A stretch of DNA of 64,000 nt from Candidatus Gottesmanbacteria bacterium UBA5942. Its GTDB lineage: Bacteria; Patescibacteriota; Microgenomatia; UBA10105; UBA927. The DNA is taken from contig DJCU01000001.1 of NCBI GenBank assembly GCA_002430725.1, positions 9,639 through 73,638 of the forward strand, given 5' to 3'. The notes beneath the pieces are model-generated. The model saw nothing but the letters and a program-made list of their open reading frames with translations. It had not been told where the DNA came from and did not search any database. The position numbers and the translations under genes were made by a program. Shown one piece after another: positions 1 through 9,007 of the stretch; position 1 is the first letter of the stretch, and every line of letters starts with the position of its first letter.

Positions 1-1406
1 TTAGTTGTCGCCTCGCTGTGATCAGCAAGCCCTCCCTTAAACATGCCTGCTGCCGCAGAACGGGAAAGTGCCTGATGCTTACGGAATTCATTTTGAAATT
101 CATCACGGTCTACCTGCTGTCCTTTCTCGAGCGCCAATTCGTAGGTGAGCTCCCATGGAAACCCAAAACTTTGGAGCAAATCAAATGCGATAGTGCCGCT
201 AATAGTCTCGTGCTTCGACAATTCCGCCATGCCTTTTTTCAGGACTTTTTCAAACCGGACGATTTCTTCAGTCAACACCTGGCTCAACCCAAGAAACTCT
301 TGTGATTGACTTGAAAAATATACGCCATCATAAATCTCGCCAACCGCCTGATACACCTTAGCACCCAGTTCTGATTTCGATCCAGCCCCACCGAGTTGAT
401 GGATTTTTACCACCGCCCGCCGGATGAGCCTACGAAGTATATAACCTTGCTGTTTATTACCAGGGAATAACCCTTCATTAATCATGAACGTTGCCGCCTT
501 CAGATGATCAGCTATTACACGCATCGCCTGTGTTTCTTGCAAAGCACTGCCATATTTTTTTCCTGAAAATGTTTCGAGGTTTTTAATAATCGGCGCAAAC
601 AGATCAGTATTAAAAACATCTGGATCATCCGCAGTTGCCGCTGCCATACGCTCTAATCCACCACCAAAATCTACATTTTTCTGTGATAATTCCTTGAGCG
701 TTCCGTCCACCTGTTTTTGGTATTGCATAAACACCGAATTAGCTATCTCCATGAACCTGCCGCAATCACAGTTAGGATGACATACCTCGTCTTTATAGAT
801 AGATTTTTCGTGCAGCCCTAGTTCCATCCCAAAATCAAAAAACACTTCGCTGTCCGGCCCTCCCGGCTCTCCTGGCGGCATCTTCTCGGGCTCACCACTC
901 CTGCTCCACCAATTCTTTTTGGCGGGATATGTAAATATGCGTTCTCCAAGCTTTGCCTCAATACCTGCTTCACGGAATAATGTCGTCCAAATATGTATCG
1001 ATTCAGTATCTTTAGGCACGGCATCATTTCCTTCAAACACACTCACATACAAGCGCTTTGGATCAAGTTCCAACTCACCAGTCAAAAATGTAAAAATCCA
1101 CGGTAATTGCTCTTTTTTAAAATAATCACCCAAACTCCAATTGCCAAGCATTTCAAAAAATGTCGTATGCCTGTTGTCTCCCACTTCTTCAATATCCTGT
1201 GCGCGAAATGATTTCTGACTATTCACCAGCCTGTTTCCGACTGGATGTTTTTGTCCCAATAAATAAGGTACGAGCGGTTGCATACCCGAGCTCGTAAAAA
1301 GAGTAGAAGGGTCATTCATGGGCATGATAGGCGCAGAAGGGATTTCTGCATGCCCCTGAGTCACATAAAATTCGATAAATTTCTTTCTGATGTCAGCCGA
1401 TCGCAT
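1..1406 (-). CDS. alaS: Alanyl-tRNA synthetase, N-terminal catalytic part only. The 3' end lies beyond the window start, so the six-frame track does not list it.
   Basis: Reverse-strand translation from the ATG at 1406 gives MRSADIRKKFIEFYVTQGHAEIPSAPIMPMNDPSTLFTSSGMQP...KSFRAQDIEEVGDNRHTTFFEMLGNWSLGDYFK, the class II AlaRS N-terminal signature. The frame stays open to position 1. A TATAAT box sits 9 nt upstream of the ATG. Confidence 0.85.
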   Translation of the reverse strand, partial: MRSADIRKKFIEFYVTQGHAEIPSAPIMPMNDPSTLFTSSGMQPLVPYLLGQKHPVGNRLVNSQKSFRAQDIEEVGDNRHTTFFEMLGNWSLGDYFKKEQLPWIFTFLTGELELDPKRLYVSVFEGNDAVPKDTESIHIWTTLFREAGIEAKLGERIFTYPAKKNWWSRSGEPEKMPPGEPGGPDSEVFFDFGMELGLHEKSIYKDEVCHPNCDCGRFMEIANSVFMQYQKQVDGTLKELSQKNVDFGGGLERMAAATADDPDVFNTDLFAPIIKNLETFSGKKYGSALQETQAMRVIADHLKAATFMINEGLFPGNKQQGYILRRLIRRAVVKIHQLGGAGSKSELGAKVYQAVGEIYDGVYFSSQSQEFLGLSQVLTEEIVRFEKVLKKGMAELSKHETISGTIAFDLLQSFGFPWELTYELALEKGQQVDRDEFQNEFRKHQALSRSAAAGMFKGGLADHSEATT

Positions 1407-1492
1407 GAGATAGATTATAGCATGACACCACGAATACTCACGCCATACATTTGCAAACCAAAAGGGTATATACTAAAACTGATATATCGACT

Positions 1493-2266
1493 ATGAAATC
1501 ATTACCTCTGCCTATTCTCCTTATCATTGCATTTCTCACGCTTCCTATTATTTTATGGGCAACCGCCACCCAACAAGCTGACCTACGAAGCCTCGCACAA
1601 GACGCTGGGGTTACCCCTACTGTCACTCCTTCAGCCACTCCAACCGTTACACCTTCTGCAACTCCGACCATAACCCCTACACCCACAAACAGTCCGCCCC
1701 GTTGTAGTGGCTTATCAGTAAATCCGGGGGCAGGTGTCAAACCACTTACCGTCAACTTTGCATGCGCAGGCTACGACCCAGACAATGATATAACTGCCGC
1801 GGAATTCGGCTTTGGCGGTGGCGAAAAACAACTCGTAGAAAAAGGAACTGGACAATTTGGCTCTATCACAACCACACACACCTACACTGAAGCAGGCACC
1901 TACAATGTCACTTGCAGGGTACGGGATAATAATCAGGTATTTTCCGATTATCCAAGTTTTTGCAAATATACCGTTGTTGTTTCAGATAATGTTCTCACAC
2001 CCACTCCTCGACGTACCCCGACCCCAACAAGAGCTCCTGCAACAATCACTCCAGGAAGTGACCCTGTATTATTTATGGGGGGCACAGCTACTTCGATAAG
2101 CCCATCTCCAACTGTCACCATCGCAACACCCACATCTACCCCAACCCCAGAAGCGCAAGGCTGGTGGACAAGTGAAAAAATTTCCCAATTAGTAATGATG
2201 GTCATCATTAGTGGACTTACGGTCGTTGCTGCACTTCTTCTTCATGGATTTTTCGACAAACGATGA
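1493..2266 (+). CDS. Secreted surface protein: signal peptide, Pro/Thr-rich repeat linkers, a PKD-like domain and a C-terminal TM anchor with a basic tail.
   Basis: N-terminus MKSLPLPILLIIAFLTLPIILWA looks like a signal peptide. Repeats TPTVTPSATPTVTPSATPTITPTPT. PKD-like block THTYTEAGTYNVTCRVRDNNQ. C-terminal hydrophobic stretch followed by FDKR. Paralog of the CDS at 33957. Confidence 0.6.
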   Translation: MKSLPLPILLIIAFLTLPIILWATATQQADLRSLAQDAGVTPTVTPSATPTVTPSATPTITPTPTNSPPRCSGLSVNPGAGVKPLTVNFACAGYDPDNDITAAEFGFGGGEKQLVEKGTGQFGSITTTHTYTEAGTYNVTCRVRDNNQVFSDYPSFCKYTVVVSDNVLTPTPRRTPTPTRAPATITPGSDPVLFMGGTATSISPSPTVTIATPTSTPTPEAQGWWTSEKISQLVMMVIISGLTVVAALLLHGFFDKR

Positions 2267-2362
2267 CAGTCAAGATACAATAGCGCTGCAATGCAAATTG
2301 TCAAACAAAAAAAGGCACGAAGAGTAGACGCCTCTCCTACCACCTCTGTAGAGGAATATCTC

Positions 2363-2632
2363 ATGAAAGAAAATCGTATTGGTGGATCTACTGTTATTAT
2401 TTCCGGCAGATATCCAGAAAAAGGAAACGCCATCAATCTTATTTCGACAGAATTAGTATTAGTGTTAAGTGGCAATGGAGTTATTGGACATCGGGGTAAA
2501 GAAACACCCATAGAAATGGGAGACTGTATTCTTTTAAAACCAAAAGAAAAATATTATTGGAACGGACATCTCGCATTATTTATTGTGTGCACTCCTACTT
2601 GGAAATCAAGGCAACACAAAGTCATTGCATGA
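2363..2632 (+). CDS. Small cupin-fold protein.
   Basis: About 90 aa from MKENRIGG, with a two-motif beta-barrel pattern (GRYPEKGNAINLIST...GHRGKETPIEMGDCILLKP). Assignment by pattern only. Confidence 0.4.
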   Translation: MKENRIGGSTVIISGRYPEKGNAINLISTELVLVLSGNGVIGHRGKETPIEMGDCILLKPKEKYYWNGHLALFIVCTPTWKSRQHKVIA

Positions 2633-2633
2633 C

Positions 2634-3605
2634 ATGAATGATATTTTTACCCGCGTAGATAGTATTGCTACCCTTCCTCAAGTGCTTGAGCAAATTGCGC
2701 ATGCTTATGGACTAGGAACTATTTCAACTTCTTCACCTATCCTTACCGGCTACCAGGATTGCAACATAGATGTACAGTCTACGCGTGGACGATTTGTCAT
2801 AAAAATATTCGCGTCTGACAAAACCAAAGAACGTATTGATGATGTCATCATAGGGTACACCACTCTCCGTAAAAATGGTGTCCCAGTACCAATGCTGAAA
2901 ACTTCCTCAGAAAAACAGGTTCTTTTAAAAATTCCCGGAAACCAGCACGCGTCATTTGCGTGTGTATTTGATTATTTTGAAGGTAAATCGTTTACCAAAA
3001 CTCAGCCCACCGATAAGGACATTATGTCGATCACCACAATGCTCGCAAAAATCCACACCACCAAAAATCTGACTCCTCACTATTACGACACTATGGGAAT
3101 AGTAAATCTCGCAAGTGAATACAAACTGAAATCCAACGCATTATCGTCCGAAGAGCTTACAAAAATCTCGCCAGTCGTTTCTCATCTCCAACGGATACCG
3201 ATAGCTACGTTCCCCAAAACACTTATTCATGGCACTCCAGAAAAAGAAAACGTGTTAAAAAATGCAAACGGAGATCTTTGTCTCCTTGACTTGGGATGTA
3301 TGGACTATAACGCTGCGGTTATCGACATTGCCACTTTTATCGCAAATTTTGCCCTCTATGTAACCGAAGAAAAACGAAAACACATTGTTCACCTTATCCT
3401 CGACACCTACAACCCAACCCGCCAAATAACGCAGGCAGAACTCACGGCACTCCCCGCGCTTATTCGCGCCCAATATGCCGCATACATTATCGCTATGACC
3501 TATCACATGCGAAAAAATCACGACATGACAAAACAAACACAAGTCTGGCTTGATAGAGGATGGGACGGTCTTAAATCATTTACCGGTATCAGAAAACTAA
3601 TTTAA
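2634..3605 (+). CDS. Protein-kinase-like (APH / homoserine kinase type II fold) phosphotransferase-family protein, possibly catalytically divergent.
   Basis: LIHGTPEKENVL followed by DLCLLDLGCMDYN resembles the Brenner HGDxxxxN and DxG motifs of the APH/ChoK family, but Thr replaces the catalytic Asp. The start is set at MNDIF, directly after the cupin stop. Confidence 0.5.
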   Translation: MNDIFTRVDSIATLPQVLEQIAHAYGLGTISTSSPILTGYQDCNIDVQSTRGRFVIKIFASDKTKERIDDVIIGYTTLRKNGVPVPMLKTSSEKQVLLKIPGNQHASFACVFDYFEGKSFTKTQPTDKDIMSITTMLAKIHTTKNLTPHYYDTMGIVNLASEYKLKSNALSSEELTKISPVVSHLQRIPIATFPKTLIHGTPEKENVLKNANGDLCLLDLGCMDYNAAVIDIATFIANFALYVTEEKRKHIVHLILDTYNPTRQITQAELTALPALIRAQYAAYIIAMTYHMRKNHDMTKQTQVWLDRGWDGLKSFTGIRKLI

Positions 3606-3614
3606 ACACACACT

Positions 3615-4475
3615 ATGAACCCACTAGTCTTTGCTTTTATCACCTATCTTTCTTGGGGGTTGGGCGATGTATTTAACGCGATTACTGCGCGTACACTTGG
3701 TGCGGAACGCGCGCTACTTCGAGTGTTCATTGTAAGCGCTCTTCTTTTTCTCCCGCTTATTCCAAATCATATCCACGAGCTATCAAACGCTACACCACTT
3801 ATAATGATGGCAGTTATTGCGCTCGGAGGATTACAGCTTGTAGGAAATATTGCGCTCAATAAATCTCTTCGTCTTATCAACGCTCCCCTCGCGCTCACTA
3901 TTTTTTCATCATACTCCGCACTCATAGTTGTTCTATCTGTCATATTATTTCGCGAACCGATAACAATAATGCAATCGTTTTATATCAGTTTAATTTTTAT
4001 GGGAATTTTTCTTTGTACCTATGTCCCAATCAAAGAAAAACAATCAAACGAATATAAACGAGGAGTATTCCTTGCTATTGTTGGCATGGCATGTATCGGT
4101 GTGTTTTTTACCCTTGTCCAACCAATTATCGCCATTATCGGCTGGTTCTGGCCAATTTACGCATTCACTGTCTGGATTCCAATATTGTGGTGGCTACACA
4201 TCAAGGAAAAAAAGGAAAGTACACGCGTTTCATGGAAAATAGCGCTGCTACCAGTATTATTAACCGCACTTCTTTTGAGGATCGGTGATTTTTCATTTAA
4301 CGTAGCCCTCGATAGCGGCCTTACCCCGATAGTCGCACCGATTGCGGGTAGTTATCCCACTCTTTCAGTCCTCCTCTCCTATGTTGTGTTTCGCGAAAAA
4401 CTCACAATACGCCAAACCATAGGAATACTCCTTGCACTCGTTGGTATAATAGCATTAGGATTTGTAGGCGTATGA
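3615..4475 (+). CDS. EamA/DMT-superfamily membrane transporter.
   Basis: About 10 predicted TM helices and a duplicated EamA-like architecture. Confidence 0.65.
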   Translation: MNPLVFAFITYLSWGLGDVFNAITARTLGAERALLRVFIVSALLFLPLIPNHIHELSNATPLIMMAVIALGGLQLVGNIALNKSLRLINAPLALTIFSSYSALIVVLSVILFREPITIMQSFYISLIFMGIFLCTYVPIKEKQSNEYKRGVFLAIVGMACIGVFFTLVQPIIAIIGWFWPIYAFTVWIPILWWLHIKEKKESTRVSWKIALLPVLLTALLLRIGDFSFNVALDSGLTPIVAPIAGSYPTLSVLLSYVVFREKLTIRQTIGILLALVGIIALGFVGV

Positions 4476-4798
4476 GTGACGCAATACTTGTTATTATCTC
4501 ATGTAGCGATAAATCACAAGCTGAACAAATCGGCGAACAACTACTTAAAAAGAAGCTCGCCGCATGCACCCAAATTGTCCACGCTGTAGACTCCATGTTT
4601 CTTTGGCCGCCTCATAAAAATCAAATTGATTATGCTCAAGAAGCACTCCTGCTCGTTAAAACTTTGGACAACAAATGGAAAGCATTAGAAAAAGAAATCA
4701 TACGTGTTCACTCATACGAAAATCCAGAAATTATTGCACTCCCACTCTCCCATGTCGCCCCAAAGTACATGGCCTGGTTGCAAAACGAACTATCGTAA
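4472..4798 (+). CDS. cutA: CutA1 divalent-cation tolerance protein.
   Basis: ILVIISCSDKSQAEQIGEQLLKKKLAACTQIV...HSYENPEIIALPL matches the CutA1 family. Overlaps the upstream gene by ATGA. Confidence 0.7.
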   Translation: MSDAILVIISCSDKSQAEQIGEQLLKKKLAACTQIVHAVDSMFLWPPHKNQIDYAQEALLLVKTLDNKWKALEKEIIRVHSYENPEIIALPLSHVAPKYMAWLQNELS

Positions 4799-4828
4799 AT
4801 AAACACTGGTAGTCGTATACTTCTCCCT

Positions 4829-5677
4829 ATGTTATGGTTTTTCCTTGCTCTCGCAAGCGCTCTCATTTTCGCCGCACAAGAACTTCTTATGCGGATGCTT
4901 GCCATACGAACAAGCTCTCCGCGAATATTTGCTGTGGTATTTAACCTATGGGGAGCAGGCTTTGCATTGTTACTTTTTTTGCTTGAACGCGGATCACTCT
5001 CTGGCCTCTGGGGACTTACACCCATGCAATATGTACTTCTTGCTTCGACTATTGTTCTCTACGGACTATACGAACGAACCCAATTTTATGCCCGGCAGGG
5101 AACGGATGCTTCTACTTTTGCGATTATTTTTCGCTTGAGCACGGTGATCGGATTTATCGGTGCGATTTTATTTTTGAATGAGCCACTAACAACTGAAAAA
5201 ATCGCGGGCGTTATGCTTATCATATTTGCCTCATTCCTGTTAGTCTTTCGAAATCCAAAATTTACGCTCACGCCTGCACTTGGATATGCGGTACTTTGTG
5301 CCGTATTTTTGGGACTCACCAGTGTATTAGACAAGCCAGCTTCCGAACCCATGCCTGCAACACTTTATAGCTTCCTTATTTGGTTTGTGCCTATTGTGAT
5401 AGTCGCATTTCCTACTGTCTCCAAAAAAGAAATTGTCCGGGAGCTCCGTATCGGTGGGTGGAAAGTCGCCCTTGCGGCAGCGCTCAATGTCGTTGGCTAC
5501 ATTATCTATATACAAGCCTTATCTCTTGCTGAAGCATCGAGAGTAAACCCGATTACTGCAACGACCGGTATTTTTACCGTGGCGGGAGGCATATATTTCC
5601 TCAAAGAACATGGCCATCTGTGGCGGAAAATAGTTGCAACAGTATTTGCGTTTATCGGGGTACTGTTGCTGCGATAA
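4829..5677 (+). CDS. EamA/DMT-superfamily membrane transporter (second copy).
   Basis: Polytopic hydrophobic protein with EamA-like repeats. TATACT lies 7 nt upstream of the ATG. Confidence 0.6.
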   Translation: MLWFFLALASALIFAAQELLMRMLAIRTSSPRIFAVVFNLWGAGFALLLFLLERGSLSGLWGLTPMQYVLLASTIVLYGLYERTQFYARQGTDASTFAIIFRLSTVIGFIGAILFLNEPLTTEKIAGVMLIIFASFLLVFRNPKFTLTPALGYAVLCAVFLGLTSVLDKPASEPMPATLYSFLIWFVPIVIVAFPTVSKKEIVRELRIGGWKVALAAALNVVGYIIYIQALSLAEASRVNPITATTGIFTVAGGIYFLKEHGHLWRKIVATVFAFIGVLLLR

Positions 5678-5725
5678 AATATCGTACGCAGAAGTGTATA
5701 ATAAGCACACAGAAAGGAAGAAAAA

Positions 5726-6655
5726 ATGAAATTTTATCTTATCGTTCCCGACAAAGAATGTGGACTGACTTCTGAACAACAAAAACAACTCGCGATGTAT
5801 GGCGAAGTTGTCATTATCCAACACAAAGGAAAACTTGCATTACTTACCGAGCTAACCCAAGACAACGATGAAAAAATACTCGCTCTCGACCCAACAGTAT
5901 TCGATTGGGATCTAGATGTGGCAGCACTTGATCATATTCCAAATGTGAAGGCGGTCATTACTCAATCCACCTCGTTTGACTGGATACACCCCAAGGAACT
6001 TGCATCTCGAAATATTATTGGCTGCAATTGCCCGGGTTTTTCGTCCGAATCAGTAGCTGAATACGCGATATGTATGGCAATAGAAGTCGCTCGAAGACTT
6101 CCGGTTTACATCAAAAATAACTGGAAAATAGATTGGTCGGTAAAGCCAATGCTGCTCAAAGGGAAAACGCTAGGGGTTATCGGTATGGGACGCATTGGCA
6201 AAGCGATGGCTGCCGCAGGCAAAGGCATCGGCATGGACGTCATCTATTGGTCACGAAAAACCCGTCACAATGACTATACATTTACTGAACTAGCAGAGTT
6301 ATTTCAAAAAGCGGACGTGCTTATGCCAGCGCTTGTTGAAAACGATGATACAAAACGTATTATTTCTAACGACCTCATCGACACTATGAAGCCCTCCGCG
6401 GTTATTGTGGGTATTGGTCGCGTAAAGGCACTTTTACCAGAGGCATATATTTTAGAAAAAGTCGCACAAAACAAACTTGGCGGCTATGCACTAGAAGGAG
6501 AAGGCGCAAAACCATTACATGAATACCAAGGCAACGTCTGGGCACTCCCGCCTATGGCTTGGATAAGTCAGGAATCTCTTACCAATCTCATCGCTATGTG
6601 GGTAGATAATATGGTCGCAATTGCCGATAATAAACCAAAAAACATTGTGACCTAA
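5726..6655 (+). CDS. D-isomer-specific 2-hydroxyacid dehydrogenase, NAD-binding.
   Basis: Rossmann motif GVIGMGRIGKAMA and family-typical C-terminal catalytic region. Preceded by TATAAT and an AAAGGAAG Shine-Dalgarno. Confidence 0.75.
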   Translation: MKFYLIVPDKECGLTSEQQKQLAMYGEVVIIQHKGKLALLTELTQDNDEKILALDPTVFDWDLDVAALDHIPNVKAVITQSTSFDWIHPKELASRNIIGCNCPGFSSESVAEYAICMAIEVARRLPVYIKNNWKIDWSVKPMLLKGKTLGVIGMGRIGKAMAAAGKGIGMDVIYWSRKTRHNDYTFTELAELFQKADVLMPALVENDDTKRIISNDLIDTMKPSAVIVGIGRVKALLPEAYILEKVAQNKLGGYALEGEGAKPLHEYQGNVWALPPMAWISQESLTNLIAMWVDNMVAIADNKPKNIVT

Positions 6656-6656
6656 C

Positions 6657-7577
6657 ATGAAGTCCCGCTTTATACATACAGCAATGAGAATTTCGCAGAG
6701 AAGCCTCTCTATCGGTTTTCTTGTCATCGTATCGGCTAGCTACACGCTTTTATCAGTCGGGAGCAGGCTTCTTTCCGAAGGTTTTCAACCCATGACACAA
6801 GTCTATATGAGGGTTGCACTTGCAACCTTTGCTCTTCTTTTGCTTTTTCGTAAAAAAATTCGGTGGAAAACAATCCGTTCGATGCCGCGTAGCGATGCGC
6901 TCATAATCCTTACCATGGGCACCATAGGCTACTCCATAGGAGTCTATTTCATTACGTTGGGGGCACTTAACGCGAAACTCGTCAATGTCGCCATTATTTT
7001 TGCATCTGTGCCTTTTTTCTCGTATGCATATTCATTTTTCTTTCTCAAAAAACCGCTCGACCTAAAACTTACGGGGTTATTAATTCTTTCGCTTATCGGC
7101 ATAAGCATTGTTGCCACCAAATCATTTACACCTCGTTTTGCCGAGTTCGGCATCGGGGAAATATTTACCCTTATTGCCACTGCTACCATGGCGTGGTTTT
7201 TTGTCGGACGAAAAATGCTATCCCGTCACCTCAATACACATGAAATCACCATAACTGTTATGGGTGTCGCTGCAATGTCAGGACTGATACTCGCATTGTT
7301 ACGCGGTGAAACATTTTCTCTCACTGCGTTTACAAACCCACACGTGCTTTTGGGACTTGCTATCGGAGGATTTATGAATGCGCTCGTTAATCCTATCGAG
7401 ATATATGCGTTTGAACATCTCGATGCAGTATTTGGCAGTCAGATACTACTTCTCGAAAATGTCTTTGCGCTACTTTTTGGATATCTCATTTACAGAGAGA
7501 TGGTAACAATACCAGAAATTATTGGCGGTCTTATTGTCGTAGGAAGTGTCTATTTTGCCAACAAACTCCCCCAGTAG
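6657..7577 (+). CDS. EamA/DMT-superfamily membrane transporter (third copy).
   Basis: Polytopic membrane protein of EamA type. Confidence 0.6.
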   Translation: MKSRFIHTAMRISQRSLSIGFLVIVSASYTLLSVGSRLLSEGFQPMTQVYMRVALATFALLLLFRKKIRWKTIRSMPRSDALIILTMGTIGYSIGVYFITLGALNAKLVNVAIIFASVPFFSYAYSFFFLKKPLDLKLTGLLILSLIGISIVATKSFTPRFAEFGIGEIFTLIATATMAWFFVGRKMLSRHLNTHEITITVMGVAAMSGLILALLRGETFSLTAFTNPHVLLGLAIGGFMNALVNPIEIYAFEHLDAVFGSQILLLENVFALLFGYLIYREMVTIPEIIGGLIVVGSVYFANKLPQ

Positions 7578-7614
7578 TAATACAAAAAATAGCATGAAGT
7601 GAGAAGAGGCGCTT

Positions 7615-8001
7615 CTATCGTTTCTTAGGAAGATTTTTGAATTGTTTCCGTAATGTTGCAGTTGTCTCTGCCCCTTTTTGTTGCATTTCCTGAATATGGG
7701 CAAGCGCTATATCAATTTTTTCCGCGGCAGCCTCTGTGACATCATCTTTTTTATCCCCAATGGTATCCATCACCTTCTCTTTCATTACTTCACCCTGACG
7801 AACAAGCTCTTTACCTTTATTTTGCAGTTCATCGAGTTTTGCTTCCAACTCATCAATCAAGTCTTTTCCTTTGCTTTCGATCATCTTTCCCGTCTTTTTC
7901 CCTTCCTTCGTTCCCAAGAAAAAAATAATCAATGCGCCGATTAAGCCTCCGATAAAAAACCCAAACAAAAATTTGCCGTCACTATTGTGATTTTCAGACA
8001 T
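7615..8001 (-). CDS. YtxH-like membrane protein (N-terminal TM plus charged coiled coil).
   Basis: MSENHNSDGKFLFGFFIGGLIGALIIFFLGT followed by a Lys/Glu-rich helical region. The ATG overlaps the upstream DUF948 stop as ATGTCTGA. Confidence 0.55.
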   Translation of the reverse strand: MSENHNSDGKFLFGFFIGGLIGALIIFFLGTKEGKKTGKMIESKGKDLIDELEAKLDELQNKGKELVRQGEVMKEKVMDTIGDKKDDVTEAAAEKIDIALAHIQEMQQKGAETTATLRKQFKNLPKKR

Positions 8002-8266
8002 ATTTCTCCCCCTCATCATCAGTCTTATTTCGAAATGATTTAAATACAGAAAGTGCTGCTTTTATACCACTCACTACTCCAGATAAACTCGCGACTGAAT
8101 CGCCAACTGTGCCCGTCACTTTTTTGGCGTCATCAAGCATCGTATTCACCTTGATAATAGAAGTCCTGACTTCTTTGAAGATATACCATACCTGAACTCC
8201 CAGAAGCACCAAAAGAAGGGTAAGAATAAAACTTATAATGATAATAGTAAGCTGAACTGGATCCAT
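7994..8266 (-). CDS. DUF948-family small membrane protein.
   Basis: N-terminal TM (LTIIIISFILTLLLVLLGVQV) and a helical tail. The DUF948/YtxH pairing is typical. Confidence 0.55.
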   Translation of the reverse strand: MDPVQLTIIIISFILTLLLVLLGVQVWYIFKEVRTSIIKVNTMLDDAKKVTGTVGDSVASLSGVVSGIKAALSVFKSFRNKTDDEGEKYV

Positions 8267-8360
8267 GGGCAGACACTAAACTATTACAGACACTACTCAC
8301 CAGTATGGCGTAAATTGCGCTTACTGTCAATCCGATCGAAATCGTACAGAATATCACTTT

Positions 8361-8999
8361 TTATGGCTGGTAACCTACCTCACGCACTTCTGTAGAAGTT
8401 TTACCAAACCGACTTGTCGCGCTTATCGTAATCTTATTAACTCCTGGCTCGACAGCTACTTGTTCATAAAATCTCCCATCATCACGAACTATGGTGGAAA
8501 TACCATTGATTGTTACCGTAGCATCAGCATCTGATTTTCCCTCAACTACCACCCTGCTACTCGTTACGATCTGCTGGTCAGTAGGACTTGTCACTGTCAG
8601 TGGTGGCGCTTTCCCAATACGGAAATACTGATTTCCGAGATAAAAGAGAAAAATAATCAACAAAATACTCACTAAAAATCCGACAAATCTTCCCGGAGTC
8701 AAATGTACAAACGGAGCATTAAGCGGATCAGATACTCCTTTTGGCAACAAACTCGCTTTAGAAACATCTGTCATCTGCCGCCGAAAAAATGCCATAATCG
8801 CATCTGTTGGTAACCCTAAATATTCTGCATAATTACGCACAAATCCCTTGGCATAAGAAGGTGAGGGAAGCCTGCCAAAATCATTTGCCTCAATGGCGAT
8901 AATATATTTTTCTCGTATTTTAATCGCCCTTTCGACATCGATGGGCGATAGTCCTTTGGCAATACGCGCTTCCTGGAGCATGCTTCCGACTGTCTTCAT
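8361..8999 (-). CDS. rodZ: RodZ-like cytoskeleton/cell-shape protein (HTH, TM, C-terminal domain).
   Basis: N-terminal XRE-type HTH (MLQEARIAKGLSPIDVERAIKIREKYIIAIE), a central TM and an extracytoplasmic C-terminus. Confidence 0.6.
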   Translation of the reverse strand: MKTVGSMLQEARIAKGLSPIDVERAIKIREKYIIAIEANDFGRLPSPSYAKGFVRNYAEYLGLPTDAIMAFFRRQMTDVSKASLLPKGVSDPLNAPFVHLTPGRFVGFLVSILLIIFLFYLGNQYFRIGKAPPLTVTSPTDQQIVTSSRVVVEGKSDADATVTINGISTIVRDDGRFYEQVAVEPGVNKITISATSRFGKTSTEVREVGYQP

Positions 9000-9007
9000 G
9001 AGGTCAC

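Noticed and set aside
18-1125. ORFs at 18-305(+), 818-1042(-) and 919-1125(+) from the six-frame track.
   Set aside because: They lie inside, and out of frame with, the unambiguous alanyl-tRNA synthetase reading frame on the minus strand. No motifs were found, so they are spurious.
1600-1690. Short tandem DNA repeats (about 24-nt units), considered as a possible CRISPR or VNTR array.
   Set aside because: The repeats are in frame and encode TPTVTPSA peptide repeats of a surface-protein linker. There are no unique spacers, and no cas genes anywhere in the window.
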